In this document: positions 10,079-18,741 of the stretch, piece by piece
Numbering within the stretch: position 1 is the first letter of the stretch
How the letters are laid out: each line of letters starts with the position of its first letter
Origin: a virus
Lineage: Duplodnaviria; Caudoviricetes
Virus record (IMG/VR): IMGVR_UViG_3300044236_001180
Location: 1-55,765 of that record
Length of the DNA stretch: 55,765 nucleotides
Direction: 5' to 3' (one strand)
Notes under the pieces: generated by a model
Seen by the model: only the letters and a program-made list of their open reading frames with translations
Told to the model about the DNA's origin: nothing
Database searches by the model: none
Program-made: the position numbers and the translations under genes

Positions 10079-10579
10079 ATGAAAATCGAAATCAAACTAA
10101 TCCCAGACGGACTCGATCTGGCGAAAGAGATTCAAGACGGCATGCCGATTGATCGCATGGTTGATGCAGGTGGTGACGAGGGAGAGTCTTGCCCTGCCGC
10201 CACGCAAGACATCGATCTCAATCTTGAAAACAGGCAAGACGCTATCGACAACTATAAGTACGGACCGTTGAATCCAAACCTTGATGACACGGGTAAGAAC
10301 GATAGTTTTTGGCAAAGTATAGCTGACACATTCAACACGGACATAGAGGCAGCAAAAGAAAGTCGCTGCGGCAACTGCGCTGCTTTCAATCTTACCTCAC
10401 GTATAAAAGACTGCATCGCCAAGGGTATCGGGATGGATGACGGCGCCGATCCGTACGAGTCCGTCGAGGCGGGCGACATTGGATATTGTCAGTTTTTGAA
10501 GTTCAAGTGTGCGTCGATGCGTGTTTGTAACGCTTGGGTTTCTGGCGGTCCGATCACGGATGAAAAGATGGCGTCATAA
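10079..10579 (+). CDS. Cys-rich hypothetical protein (HiPIP-like Cys pattern)
   Basis: CGNCAAF...GYCQFLKFKCASMRVCNAW. Confidence 0.7.
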   Translation: MKIEIKLIPDGLDLAKEIQDGMPIDRMVDAGGDEGESCPAATQDIDLNLENRQDAIDNYKYGPLNPNLDDTGKNDSFWQSIADTFNTDIEAAKESRCGNCAAFNLTSRIKDCIAKGIGMDDGADPYESVEAGDIGYCQFLKFKCASMRVCNAWVSGGPITDEKMAS

Positions 10580-10785
10580 TGGACGTTGTAGATTTTTTAT
10601 CAAGGTATCAGAAAACCTTGCAAACACGGGTAGATGATATTAGCATCTCTCTGACTAGCGGTAGCGCATCTGATATGGAATCATATCGTGCTATGGTGGG
10701 TGAGATTCAGGGCATCACCTACGCGCTAGAAGAGTTACGCGCCCTGCTAAAAAAGGTTAACTATGACAACGCTTCTAGTTCCTGA
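10579..10785 (+). CDS. Small hypothetical protein
   Basis: Coupled ORF; YRAMVGEIQG helical motif upstream of GroES. Confidence 0.7.
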   Translation: MDVVDFLSRYQKTLQTRVDDISISLTSGSASDMESYRAMVGEIQGITYALEELRALLKKVNYDNASSS

Positions 10786-11194
10786 TCACGTTCTGCGGCA
10801 GCAGCAAGCCAAGAAAAAAGCTGAAGAAGAAGCCTCCAAAAAACCCGCTCTAGATAGGATCCCGCAGCCCACCGGCTGGCGGATTCTGGTCATGCCTTAT
10901 CAGGGCAAGGCCAAGACTGAGGGTGGAGTATTCGTTCCCGATCAAGCCAAAGACCGAGAAGCACGTGCCACTGTTGTGGGATATGTGGTTCGTCTTGGGC
11001 CACTGGCCTATCAGGATCCGGACAAGTTTGGTCCTGATTGCAAGCCGTGGTGTCAAGAAGGCGACTGGGTGTGTATTGGTCGGTACGCCGGTTCGCGCTT
11101 CCAAATTGAAGGTGGCGAGGTCCGCATCATCAATGACGATGAAGTCATTGCAACCATCGTCGATCCTGACGATATCAAGACATACGGAGCATAG
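10763..11194 (+). CDS. groES: Co-chaperonin GroES-like (Cpn10)
   Basis: PTGWRILV, KTEGGVFVP mobile loop, GDWV..GRYAG, RIINDDEVIA. Confidence 0.9.
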   Translation: MTTLLVPDHVLRQQQAKKKAEEEASKKPALDRIPQPTGWRILVMPYQGKAKTEGGVFVPDQAKDREARATVVGYVVRLGPLAYQDPDKFGPDCKPWCQEGDWVCIGRYAGSRFQIEGGEVRIINDDEVIATIVDPDDIKTYGA

Positions 11195-11195
11195 T

Positions 11196-12077
11196 ATGCA
11201 AAACAACCTTGCTGAAAAGGAAGAGCTTGAGGTCGTCGAGGTAGGCGAAGAGCAAGCGGAAGCTCCTGTTGAGCAGGCGGAGGCAGAACAAGAGGCCCCG
11301 CAGGCTGAAGCACAGGAAGATGAATTAGAGCAATATTCGGATTCTGTTCAGCGTCGTATTTCGAAGCTGACGAATAGGTTCCGTGAAGAAGAGCGCCAAC
11401 GACAGGCGGCTATCGAGTACGCGGAGGCGGTGAAGAAGCAGAACGATGAGCTTCGTGCCCGCATTGACAAGCTCGATCAGTCCTATGTTGGCGAGTTTGG
11501 TAGTCGCGTGGAAGCGGATGCTGTCGCTGCCAAAGAGGCATACAAAAAAGCGTACGACGAGGGTGACGCTGACGGTATGTTTGAAGCACAGCAGCGGATC
11601 AGTAAGATCGCTCTGGAGCAGGCTCGATATGAAGAAGCCAAGCGCCGGAATGAGCAGCGTCAGGAGCAGCCGCAGCGTCAGGAGCCTGTTGCACAGCAGC
11701 CGGCACAGCAGCAAGCGGCTCAACCGGATCCCAAGGCCGAGGCTTGGGCATCGAAGAACGAGTGGTTTGGCAATGATCAGACCATGACATATGCCGCTTT
11801 TGGTATTCATCGCCAACTTATTGAGGATGAGGGGTTTGACCCGACCTCCGATGAGTATTATAGTGAGCTTGACAAACGTGTTCGCACGGAGTTCCCGCAC
11901 AAGTTTGCGGAGACAAAGCGCGATGCTGGACCCAGAGTCGCTTCTGCTGGATCCACGGCTTCCAAGTCGTCGTCACCAAAGGGGCGCAGAACAGTCAAAC
12001 TGACACCTTCGCAGATTGCGATTGCCAAACGGTTGAATGTTCCGCTCGAGGAATACGCCAAGTACGTGAAGGAGTAA
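11196..12077 (+). CDS. Putative capsid scaffolding protein
   Basis: ggag RBS then ATG at 11196; acidic N-terminus, long coiled coil, C-terminal LTPSQIAIAKRLNVPLEEYAK; upstream of MCP. Confidence 0.7.
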   Translation: MQNNLAEKEELEVVEVGEEQAEAPVEQAEAEQEAPQAEAQEDELEQYSDSVQRRISKLTNRFREEERQRQAAIEYAEAVKKQNDELRARIDKLDQSYVGEFGSRVEADAVAAKEAYKKAYDEGDADGMFEAQQRISKIALEQARYEEAKRRNEQRQEQPQRQEPVAQQPAQQQAAQPDPKAEAWASKNEWFGNDQTMTYAAFGIHRQLIEDEGFDPTSDEYYSELDKRVRTEFPHKFAETKRDAGPRVASAGSTASKSSSPKGRRTVKLTPSQIAIAKRLNVPLEEYAKYVKE

Positions 12078-12080
12078 GTT

Positions 12081-12539
12081 ATGACGAACAGAAAACCACG
12101 CGAAACAGAGACTCGCGCAACCACTCAGCGGCGTAAGCCCTGGACCCCGCCTTCTAAGTTAGAGGCACCTGAAGCACCGGCTGGTTATCAGCATCGTTGG
12201 GTCAGAACCGCCATTCGTGGTGAGGATGACAAGACCAACGTACACTCGAAGCTCCGCGAGGGGTGGGAACCGGTACGCGCTGACGAGTACCCCGAGCTTG
12301 CAGATCGCTATCCAGTGATCGAAGAGGGTAAGAATACTGGAGTTATCGGCGTAGGCGGCTTGATGCTGTGCCGGATTCCAGAGGAAACGGTCGAAGAGAG
12401 AACTGAATATTACCGGGATCAGACCCGCAATCAGATGCGTTCCGTTGACGAAAACCTTATGAGGGAACAACATCCCTCAATGCCTATCCACAACGATAGG
12501 CAAAGTCGTGTAACTTTCGGAGGAAAAGATTCCTCCTAA
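12081..12539 (+). CDS. Conserved head-module hypothetical protein
   Basis: aaggag RBS; YQHRWVR, REGWEPV, GGLMLC. Confidence 0.75.
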   Translation: MTNRKPRETETRATTQRRKPWTPPSKLEAPEAPAGYQHRWVRTAIRGEDDKTNVHSKLREGWEPVRADEYPELADRYPVIEEGKNTGVIGVGGLMLCRIPEETVEERTEYYRDQTRNQMRSVDENLMREQHPSMPIHNDRQSRVTFGGKDSS

Positions 12540-12555
12540 CCAATGAGGTAGAGCA

Positions 12556-13203
12556 ATGGCAAACTCAAATGTTGCCTTCGGCATGAAGCCGATTAATACC
12601 GCAGGTAGCACACCAGCTACTTCCGGTACTAATGCGTATTTCATTAAGTCAGATGCAAGCGCGATTTTTCAAGGTTCTCCGGTTATCGCAACTAACGACG
12701 GCACCATCGCCGTCTCCAGTTCTGCTTCCGGTGATACTTTGAAATTCATTGGCGTTTTCGCTGGCTGTGAATACGTAGACGCGACCACCGGTAAAAAGAA
12801 GTTTTCGAACACTTGGCCTGGATCGGGAAGTGCGAACACAAATTTCGACATCATTGCGAATGTGTACGACAATCCGATGCAGCGGTTCATTGTCTGTTCG
12901 GACGCTACTCTTACCGACAAAGCGACCGCAATCACCACCATTTTCGAGAACGCAGAGTTCTCGGCTGAGTCTAATAAAGGCGCAGCAAATGGTAATACAA
13001 CCACTGGTATCTCGACAGCACAGCTTGACGTATCGACCGTAGATGCTTCTGATCTTTCGCACCCGCTGAAGATTTTAGGCGTTCTCGACGATCCGGAAAA
13101 CGCTGACTTTACCGCTGCCGGTATCCCGCTGATTGTGATGATCAACAACCATGCCCTTACAGCACCTGCCACTGGCGGATCTGCTGAAGGCACAATCTCG
13201 TAA
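12556..13203 (+). CDS. Putative capsid decoration/minor capsid protein
   Basis: Beta-rich, A/T/S/G-rich protein immediately upstream of MCP; gaggt RBS. Confidence 0.6.
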   Translation: MANSNVAFGMKPINTAGSTPATSGTNAYFIKSDASAIFQGSPVIATNDGTIAVSSSASGDTLKFIGVFAGCEYVDATTGKKKFSNTWPGSGSANTNFDIIANVYDNPMQRFIVCSDATLTDKATAITTIFENAEFSAESNKGAANGNTTTGISTAQLDVSTVDASDLSHPLKILGVLDDPENADFTAAGIPLIVMINNHALTAPATGGSAEGTIS

Positions 13204-13218
13204 GGAGGGTAGTGAGTT

Positions 13219-14130
13219 ATGGCTATTTCTCGCGCACAACTCGCCAAAGAGCTTGAGCCTGGTCTCAACGCCCTCTTTGGCATGGAATACACTCGCTACG
13301 AGGGTCAGCATGCTGAAATCTTCGACACCGAAGGCTCAGATCGAGCATTCGAAGAAGAGGTCATGCTGTCGGGTTTTGGCGCCGCACCAGTTAAGAACGA
13401 AGGCGCTGGAATCTCGTTCGACGACGCGAACGAGGCGTATACCGCACGGTATACCCACGAGACCGTCGCAATGGGTTTCTCGATCACCGAGGAAGCTGTT
13501 GAGGACAACCTCTACGACCGTCTGGCATCTCGCTACACTCGTGCCCTCGCCCGTTCGATGGCACACACCAAGCAAGTTAAGGCCGCTTCCGTCCTTAACA
13601 ACGCTTTCACCGCAGGCGCAACTGCCGGCGGCGACGGTGTAGCACTCTGTGATGCCTCGCACCCGCTTACCAGCGGTGGCACTTTCGCCAATGAGCCGTC
13701 TACTGCGGCTGACCTGAACGAAACTTCGCTCGAAGATGCGCTGATTAACATCGCAGGCTTCGTCGATGAGCGTGGTCTGGTCATCGCACTGCGCGGCATG
13801 AAGCTGATCATTCCGCGTCAGCTTCAGTTCATTGCCGAGCGTCTGCTGGTGTCGAACCTTCGTGTTGGAACCGCCGACAACGATGTCAATGCTCTGAAGA
13901 GCATGGGCATGCTGCCGGAAGGTTACGTAGTCAACGACTACCTGACCGACACCGATGCGTTCTTCATCAAGACGGATGCCCCGAACGGCCTCAAGCACTT
14001 CGAGCGTATGCCTCTGGCAACCAACATGGATCCGGACTTCGACACCGGCAACATGCGGTTCAAGGCTCGTGAGCGTTATTCGTTCGGCTTCTCAGACCCG
14101 CGTTGCGTATTCGGTTCACCCGGCGCGTAA
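13219..14130 (+). CDS. Major capsid protein
   Basis: 303 aa, strong RBS taaggagg, biased codon use, ERYSFGFSDPR C-terminal motif, followed by terminator. Confidence 0.88.
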   Translation: MAISRAQLAKELEPGLNALFGMEYTRYEGQHAEIFDTEGSDRAFEEEVMLSGFGAAPVKNEGAGISFDDANEAYTARYTHETVAMGFSITEEAVEDNLYDRLASRYTRALARSMAHTKQVKAASVLNNAFTAGATAGGDGVALCDASHPLTSGGTFANEPSTAADLNETSLEDALINIAGFVDERGLVIALRGMKLIIPRQLQFIAERLLVSNLRVGTADNDVNALKSMGMLPEGYVVNDYLTDTDAFFIKTDAPNGLKHFERMPLATNMDPDFDTGNMRFKARERYSFGFSDPRCVFGSPGA

Positions 14131-14155
14131 CGAAGGGGAAAGTTCCTCCCCGACT

Positions 14156-14185
14156 GGGGGCCGCGATTGCGGCCCCCTTTTTTTT
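14156..14185 (+). terminator. Rho-independent terminator after MCP
   Basis: gggggccgc-gatt-gcggccccc followed by T8. Confidence 0.9.
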
Positions 14186-14253
14186 CGGGTACTATGCATA
14201 AGTCCCTGACAGATCCATCGTGGATTTGACACGAGCCAAGACAGGAGTACCTA

Positions 14254-14724
14254 ATGGCTAAAACAACCTTTTCGGGTCCAGTTCGCTCCCAGCGCGGTTT
14301 CACCGCACAGGGTGCTAATGCGATGGTTAACATCACCGCAGAGACCACTCTTACCTATGACAATCACGTTGGCCGCATCATCAAGGTAAATGATGCTGAT
14401 GGTGCAATTACTCTTCCAACTATCACGACGGACACGCTTGGCGCCCGTTATACGTTTTTTGTAGGCACTGACTGCTCTGACTGTGACATCAAAACAGATG
14501 GCACTGACAAGTTTGTCGGTTCGCTTTCCGTCATGGAAGACAATGGTCTGACTGAGACCTATGCTCCGAGTGCATCAAATGATGTCATCTCAATGAACGG
14601 AACCACCACAGGTGGCGACAAGGGTTCGTATATCGAAATCACTGCAATCGAAGACAATGTGTACCTCGTGCAGGGCATGCTTCTCGGTTCTGGTGAGGCT
14701 GTTACACCGTTCGCCGATAGCTAA
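14254..14724 (+). CDS. Putative structural protein
   Basis: aggag RBS; MAKTTFSGPV start; beta-rich. Confidence 0.7.
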   Translation: MAKTTFSGPVRSQRGFTAQGANAMVNITAETTLTYDNHVGRIIKVNDADGAITLPTITTDTLGARYTFFVGTDCSDCDIKTDGTDKFVGSLSVMEDNGLTETYAPSASNDVISMNGTTTGGDKGSYIEITAIEDNVYLVQGMLLGSGEAVTPFADS

Positions 14725-14736
14725 TAGGAGGCGGCG

Positions 14737-15012
14737 ATGGCAAGCTCTATTATTGCTAAAACAGTAACAGCAACAGGCAGCTTGATTGGCGGCAGGACTC
14801 GTCTCAAGTCGTTCGTCATTAGAAGTGCTAGCAGCGGAAGTCCCGCCGCTGTCTTCAGAAGTGGCGGTGGATCTGGCACGACTTTGCTCACAATGACTTT
14901 TGTAGCTGGCGATGACACGCAGATTACAATTCCTGACCACGGAATTATTTTTGAAGACGGTTGTCACGTTACCCTTACGAACGTGGACGCGATTACTGCG
15001 TTCTTCGGGTAG
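14737..15012 (+). CDS. Hypothetical (putative structural) protein
   Basis: aggagg RBS. Confidence 0.7.
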   Translation: MASSIIAKTVTATGSLIGGRTRLKSFVIRSASSGSPAAVFRSGGGSGTTLLTMTFVAGDDTQITIPDHGIIFEDGCHVTLTNVDAITAFFG

Positions 15013-15017
15013 TTGTT

Positions 15018-15302
15018 ATGGCGCGCAAAAAGTCAAAGATGCCGCCAAGAAACAAAAAGAATTTCCGCCCCACGAAATCTGGGGCGGGAATGACTGATGC
15101 TGGGGTGAAAGCATATCGACGTGCCAACCCTGGCAGCAAGCTGAAAACAGCAGTCACAGGTAAAGTTAAGAAGGGCAGCAAGGATGCCAAGCGACGCAAG
15201 TCGTTCTGCGCCAGGTCTGCCGGTCAGATGAAAAAATTCCCCAAGGCTGCGAAGAATCCGAACAGCCGGCTACGTCAGGCACGGCGGAGGTGGAAATGTT
15301 AG
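15018..15302 (+). CDS. Small basic protein (KSFCARS motif)
   Basis: ATG at 15018; very K/R-rich, ends RRWKC. Confidence 0.7.
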   Translation: MARKKSKMPPRNKKNFRPTKSGAGMTDAGVKAYRRANPGSKLKTAVTGKVKKGSKDAKRRKSFCARSAGQMKKFPKAAKNPNSRLRQARRRWKC

Positions 15303-15622
15303 ATGAAAAAACGCTGGCGAAGACCGTTATTTATACTGCTGGTGGCGTGGCTCTTTCTCTTGTGGTTTGGATCCTCAGTACACTAATTGAGGTTGATAAG
15401 CGCACGGCTGTGATTGCTGCCAAGGTAGAATCGAATCACGCCATGCTAACGCCGTTGTGGGAAGATTTCATTAGGAGAAATGACAATGGCAATCTCGCGA
15501 GGGTCGATGCGGCAGCAGATTTCCAAGCCTCCGCAGAAACGGAAGTTCAGCAAGACCCGCAAATCAAAAGTGAACTGCAAGCGCCCTCGTGGATTCAGCG
15601 AGAGAGCGCATTGCGCTGGTAA
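15296..15622 (+). CDS. Hypothetical membrane-anchored protein
   Basis: ggagg RBS; N-terminal TM segment then coiled coil. Confidence 0.5.
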   Translation: MLDEKTLAKTVIYTAGGVALSLVVWILSTLIEVDKRTAVIAAKVESNHAMLTPLWEDFIRRNDNGNLARVDAAADFQASAETEVQQDPQIKSELQAPSWIQRESALRW

Positions 15623-15644
15623 AAGGAAACGAAGGAATGCCTAA
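15486..15644 (+). CDS. Small basic protein (52 aa, MAISRGSMRQQ...HCAGKRKRRNA), absent from ORF track
   Basis: aggag RBS at 15473-15477; translated by hand; overlaps start of next gene. Confidence 0.6.
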   Translation: MAISRGSMRQQISKPPQKRKFSKTRKSKVNCKRPRGFSERAHCAGKRKRRNA

Positions 15645-15921
15645 AGATGCATGCTATCACAAAGTTAAGGCGCGATATCGAGTCTTCCCGTCGGCGTATG
15701 CTAGTGGAGCCATCGCCAAATGTAGAAAAGTCGGCGCCGCAAATTATGGCACTGGAGGCAAGAAAAAGAAAAAGAAGAGAGCAACAGGGGGGATCGAGGA
15801 TCAACGACCAAAAAGAGCTTTTCGAGGAAAAGCTGTAAAGGGAACTGCGGTAGCTCGTGGTTGCGGCGCCATTATGAATGGTCGTCGTAAAAGAACCAAG
15901 GGCGCAGTCACACAGTCTTGA
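15637..15921 (+). CDS. Small basic protein (DACYHKVK...PSAYASG)
   Basis: ATG at 15637; K-rich; RATGG and ARGCG motifs. Confidence 0.7.
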   Translation: MPKDACYHKVKARYRVFPSAYASGAIAKCRKVGAANYGTGGKKKKKKRATGGIEDQRPKRAFRGKAVKGTAVARGCGAIMNGRRKRTKGAVTQS

Positions 15922-16106
15922 TCCACGCTTTTTTGTTGATGGTATATGTCGGTATAGGAGAGGACAAACGGGTAGTAAGTAAGGATATGTACTTCCGTGA
16001 TGTGAATGAATGCACCTACTTTGCCAAGGTTCTTCACAAACAGGGTAACCTGATCACAGCATACTGCTTACCCAAACTCATCGATAAGGATACAAAGGTG
16101 TACTAA
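15918..16106 (+). CDS. Small hypothetical protein
   Basis: TTGA overlap with upstream stop; hydrophobic N-terminus, two Cys. Confidence 0.55.
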   Translation: MIHAFLLMVYVGIGEDKRVVSKDMYFRDVNECTYFAKVLHKQGNLITAYCLPKLIDKDTKVY

Positions 16107-16537
16107 TGTTAGCCGAACTGGCCGCAGCGAATGCAGCTTTTGCAGTAATTAAGCAAGCTGTGTCGAATGGTAAAGAAATAGCTGCTGCGGGTAACGCTAT
16201 AGCAGAGTTTGTCGGGGCCAAAGAAAAGCTACAAGCCAAAGCTGCTAAAAAGGGTGGTGGTTCAGATCTCGAAGAATTCATGGCTCTGGAGAAAATCAAG
16301 GATCAGGAAGAGCAACTGAAACAGATTATGATTTATGCTGGTCGTCCGGGCTTGTGGGGTGACTGGCAAAAATTTCAGGCGAAGGCGAGGATTGCTAGAA
16401 GACAGGCAGAACAGGCTGCGATTCGAAGACGAAAAAAAATTATCGACATAATTATTATTGTGGGATTTTCGGTTTTGTTTCTGGCGATATTTGTTTCATT
16501 TATAGTATTGTTGGCTCACCATCAGGGTAAGTTTTAA
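16106..16537 (+). CDS. Hypothetical protein with C-terminal TM helix
   Basis: Coupled ORF; IIIIVGFSVLFLAIFVSFIVLL. Confidence 0.7.
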   Translation: MLAELAAANAAFAVIKQAVSNGKEIAAAGNAIAEFVGAKEKLQAKAAKKGGGSDLEEFMALEKIKDQEEQLKQIMIYAGRPGLWGDWQKFQAKARIARRQAEQAAIRRRKKIIDIIIIVGFSVLFLAIFVSFIVLLAHHQGKF

Positions 16538-16815
16538 TGGCAGTTAGAAAAACAAAAAGTGGTCTCGCGCTCAAAAGATGGTTCAAGGAAAAGTGGACGG
16601 ACCAGAGAACTGGTAAGCCGTGTGGGCGTCGCAAGGGTGAAAAACGGGGTACTCCATATTGTCGCCCCTCGAAAAGGGTTTCGTCCAAAACCCCCAAGAC
16701 AGGGTCAGAAATGACAGCCGCTGAAAAGCGCAGCAGAATTAGTCAGAAGAAGCGTTTGGGTCAACCGGCTGGCAAGCCTCGGCGTGTAAAAGCAGTGAGA
16801 AGGAAAAAGAAATGA
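16537..16815 (+). CDS. Small basic protein (LKRWFKEKW...CG...YCRP)
   Basis: Coupled ORF; K/R-rich. Confidence 0.7.
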   Translation: MAVRKTKSGLALKRWFKEKWTDQRTGKPCGRRKGEKRGTPYCRPSKRVSSKTPKTGSEMTAAEKRSRISQKKRLGQPAGKPRRVKAVRRKKK

Positions 16816-16988
16816 AGCCAATTCCAGAGGGATCAAAAGGCAAAGGTCTTCGCAAGCTGAAGGAAGAATCTCCGGAGACTGTCAAAAAGATGGGTTTCTT
16901 TAAGAATGGCGGCATGTGTTCGCCGCGTAAAGAAGCTGCTGGTGCCATGACAATGCCGACGCGCAATGCAACTCGCAAGAATTCTTGA
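16812..16988 (+). CDS. Small basic protein (58 aa, MKPIPEGSKG...FKNGG...), absent from ORF track
   Basis: ATGA overlap with upstream stop; translated by hand. Confidence 0.6.
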   Translation: MKPIPEGSKGKGLRKLKEESPETVKKMGFFKNGGMCSPRKEAAGAMTMPTRNATRKNS

Positions 16989-17457
16989 AGACTGGATTCT
17001 TGACGAGCTTTGTCACCCCGACGGCTTTGTTAACGGCAATGCGCTGTGTCCGTTTGCTAGGAATGCGTGGTTAGGCGAAAAGGTAAAGACACTGGAGGTC
17101 GAGGGCGACCTTTGGAATGCTGTGTACGAAGAGATGCGGGCATTCGACGACACGTATCAGGTCGTTGTCTGCGGAAACTACGGCGACAAGTACACTTACG
17201 ACGACCTAGAAGCAGGTTGTTTCGCATTGAACGGGTGGTTGGCTGCAACAGGTGTTGATATCTGGCTGCTGTCGTTCAAGGACAAGGGGTTGAACATGAT
17301 TTTTGTGCAACGTCTTACGGATCTAGACAATGCTAGTGCAAAGCTGGAGCGTCTGGATTACTATGTTAACTATGATCCGGACGATTACCAACGTCTGGTC
17401 GAAACGCGAAAGCAGAGGAGAATTGAATATGCCGGGTATGAAAAAACCAATGCGTAA
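16966..17457 (+). CDS. Hypothetical protein (LCPFA motif, DUF1415-like)
   Basis: W..........LCPFA motif. Confidence 0.6.
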   Translation: MQLARILEDWILDELCHPDGFVNGNALCPFARNAWLGEKVKTLEVEGDLWNAVYEEMRAFDDTYQVVVCGNYGDKYTYDDLEAGCFALNGWLAATGVDIWLLSFKDKGLNMIFVQRLTDLDNASAKLERLDYYVNYDPDDYQRLVETRKQRRIEYAGYEKTNA

Positions 17458-17566
17458 AATGCGCGGTGGCATGGGCATGAAGAAAAAGGCCATGCGTGGC
17501 GGCGGCGCCATGATGAAGAAGCCTGTTATGGCAAAACGCGGCAAGGCTATGCGGAAGAAGAAGTAA
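17429..17566 (+). CDS. Tiny Met/Lys/Gly-rich protein (45 aa)
   Basis: gaggag RBS, ATG at 17429; MPGMKKPMRKMRGGMGMKKKAMRGGG... Confidence 0.65.
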   Translation: MPGMKKPMRKMRGGMGMKKKAMRGGGAMMKKPVMAKRGKAMRKKK

Positions 17567-18235
17567 ATGGCGACTTCTGGGTCCAGAGATTTTGATCTCG
17601 ACGTAGCAGAGATTATTGAAGAGGCGTACGAGCGGTGCGGGCTTGAAGTCCGCACCGGTTACGACGCGCGTACGGCTCGTCGATCTCTGAATCTTATGTT
17701 CGCAGACTGGGCCAATCGTGGTCTTAATCTGTGGACCGTGAAGCAGGCGACAGTGAGTCTTACATCGGGCACAGCGACATACACGCTTGATGCTACACAC
17801 ACTGACCTGCTTGAGGTGGTTATTCGTCGGAGTAGCGTGGACTTCCAGCTAGATCGGATGTCCAGGAGTGATTACCTGCATATACCCAATAAGGATCAGA
17901 CAGGAAGACCAAGTCAATTCTTCTATAACAGGCAGATCTCGCCACAGGTTGTTCTTTGGCCTACTCCGGACAGTTCTAGTGATAGCCTTATCTACTACTA
18001 TGTCCGTCGCATCGAAGATGCGGATGCATTGGTCAACACTACTGACGCACCTTTCCGATTCCTCCCTTGTATGGTCGCCGGCCTCGCATATTACATTGCC
18101 ATGAAGAAGGCGCCGGAGCGGGTGCAGCTTCTTAAAGCTGTGTATGAAGAAGAGTTCCAGCGGGCGGCAGACGAGGATGAAGATCGTGTTGCACTGAAGC
18201 TGCAACCGAGCATGCAGTATTTACGGGTGAACTAA
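17567..18235 (+). CDS. Putative head-tail adaptor/connector protein
   Basis: IIEEAYERCG, ARRSLNL.F..W.NRG, WPTPD motifs; position. Confidence 0.65.
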   Translation: MATSGSRDFDLDVAEIIEEAYERCGLEVRTGYDARTARRSLNLMFADWANRGLNLWTVKQATVSLTSGTATYTLDATHTDLLEVVIRRSSVDFQLDRMSRSDYLHIPNKDQTGRPSQFFYNRQISPQVVLWPTPDSSSDSLIYYYVRRIEDADALVNTTDAPFRFLPCMVAGLAYYIAMKKAPERVQLLKAVYEEEFQRAADEDEDRVALKLQPSMQYLRVN

Positions 18236-18741
18236 TGGCGAGGTTTGCTTCAGGTAAAGATGCTTACGGAATATCCGACCGGTCTGGTTTTAGATACCGA
18301 CTGGTCGAGATGGTTACAGAATGGAATGGTTCTAAAGTAGGCAGAGACGAGTACGAAGCAAAACACCCGCAGCTAGAGCCGATTCGTGTTGGGCCGGATC
18401 CGCAGGCCATCCATGATCCACGTCCCGATCAACGCACCGAGGTTGGGGTTGCGAGATTGTTGACGGCTAACCCATTTTTGTCGAGTTCTTCGGGAAGTGC
18501 AGTAATCACAGTGGTGGAGCCTTCGCATGGACGCACAAGCGGAGATACTGTAAGGTTCCGAAAAGCGGAGGCATTTGATGGATTCACGAAGGCTGCACTG
18601 GAGAATGCAAGTGGTTACGAGATTACTGTCATTGATTCGAACCTGTATACCTTCACGGCTACGTCCGGCACCGCGACCACGGGTGGTGCACGAGGCGGTG
18701 GTGAAAATGCGACTGTCGGACCGGTGACGTTGGAGAAGTAA
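18235..18741 (+). CDS. Hypothetical virion protein
   Basis: Coupled ORF; SDRSGFRY, KHPQL, ITV..P.HG beta module. Confidence 0.7.
   Translation: MARFASGKDAYGISDRSGFRYRLVEMVTEWNGSKVGRDEYEAKHPQLEPIRVGPDPQAIHDPRPDQRTEVGVARLLTANPFLSSSSGSAVITVVEPSHGRTSGDTVRFRKAEAFDGFTKAALENASGYEITVIDSNLYTFTATSGTATTGGARGGGENATVGPVTLEK

Noticed and set aside
10923-11195. N-terminal extension of the 384-aa ORF
   Set aside because: Overlaps groES out of frame; RBS-supported start is at 11196
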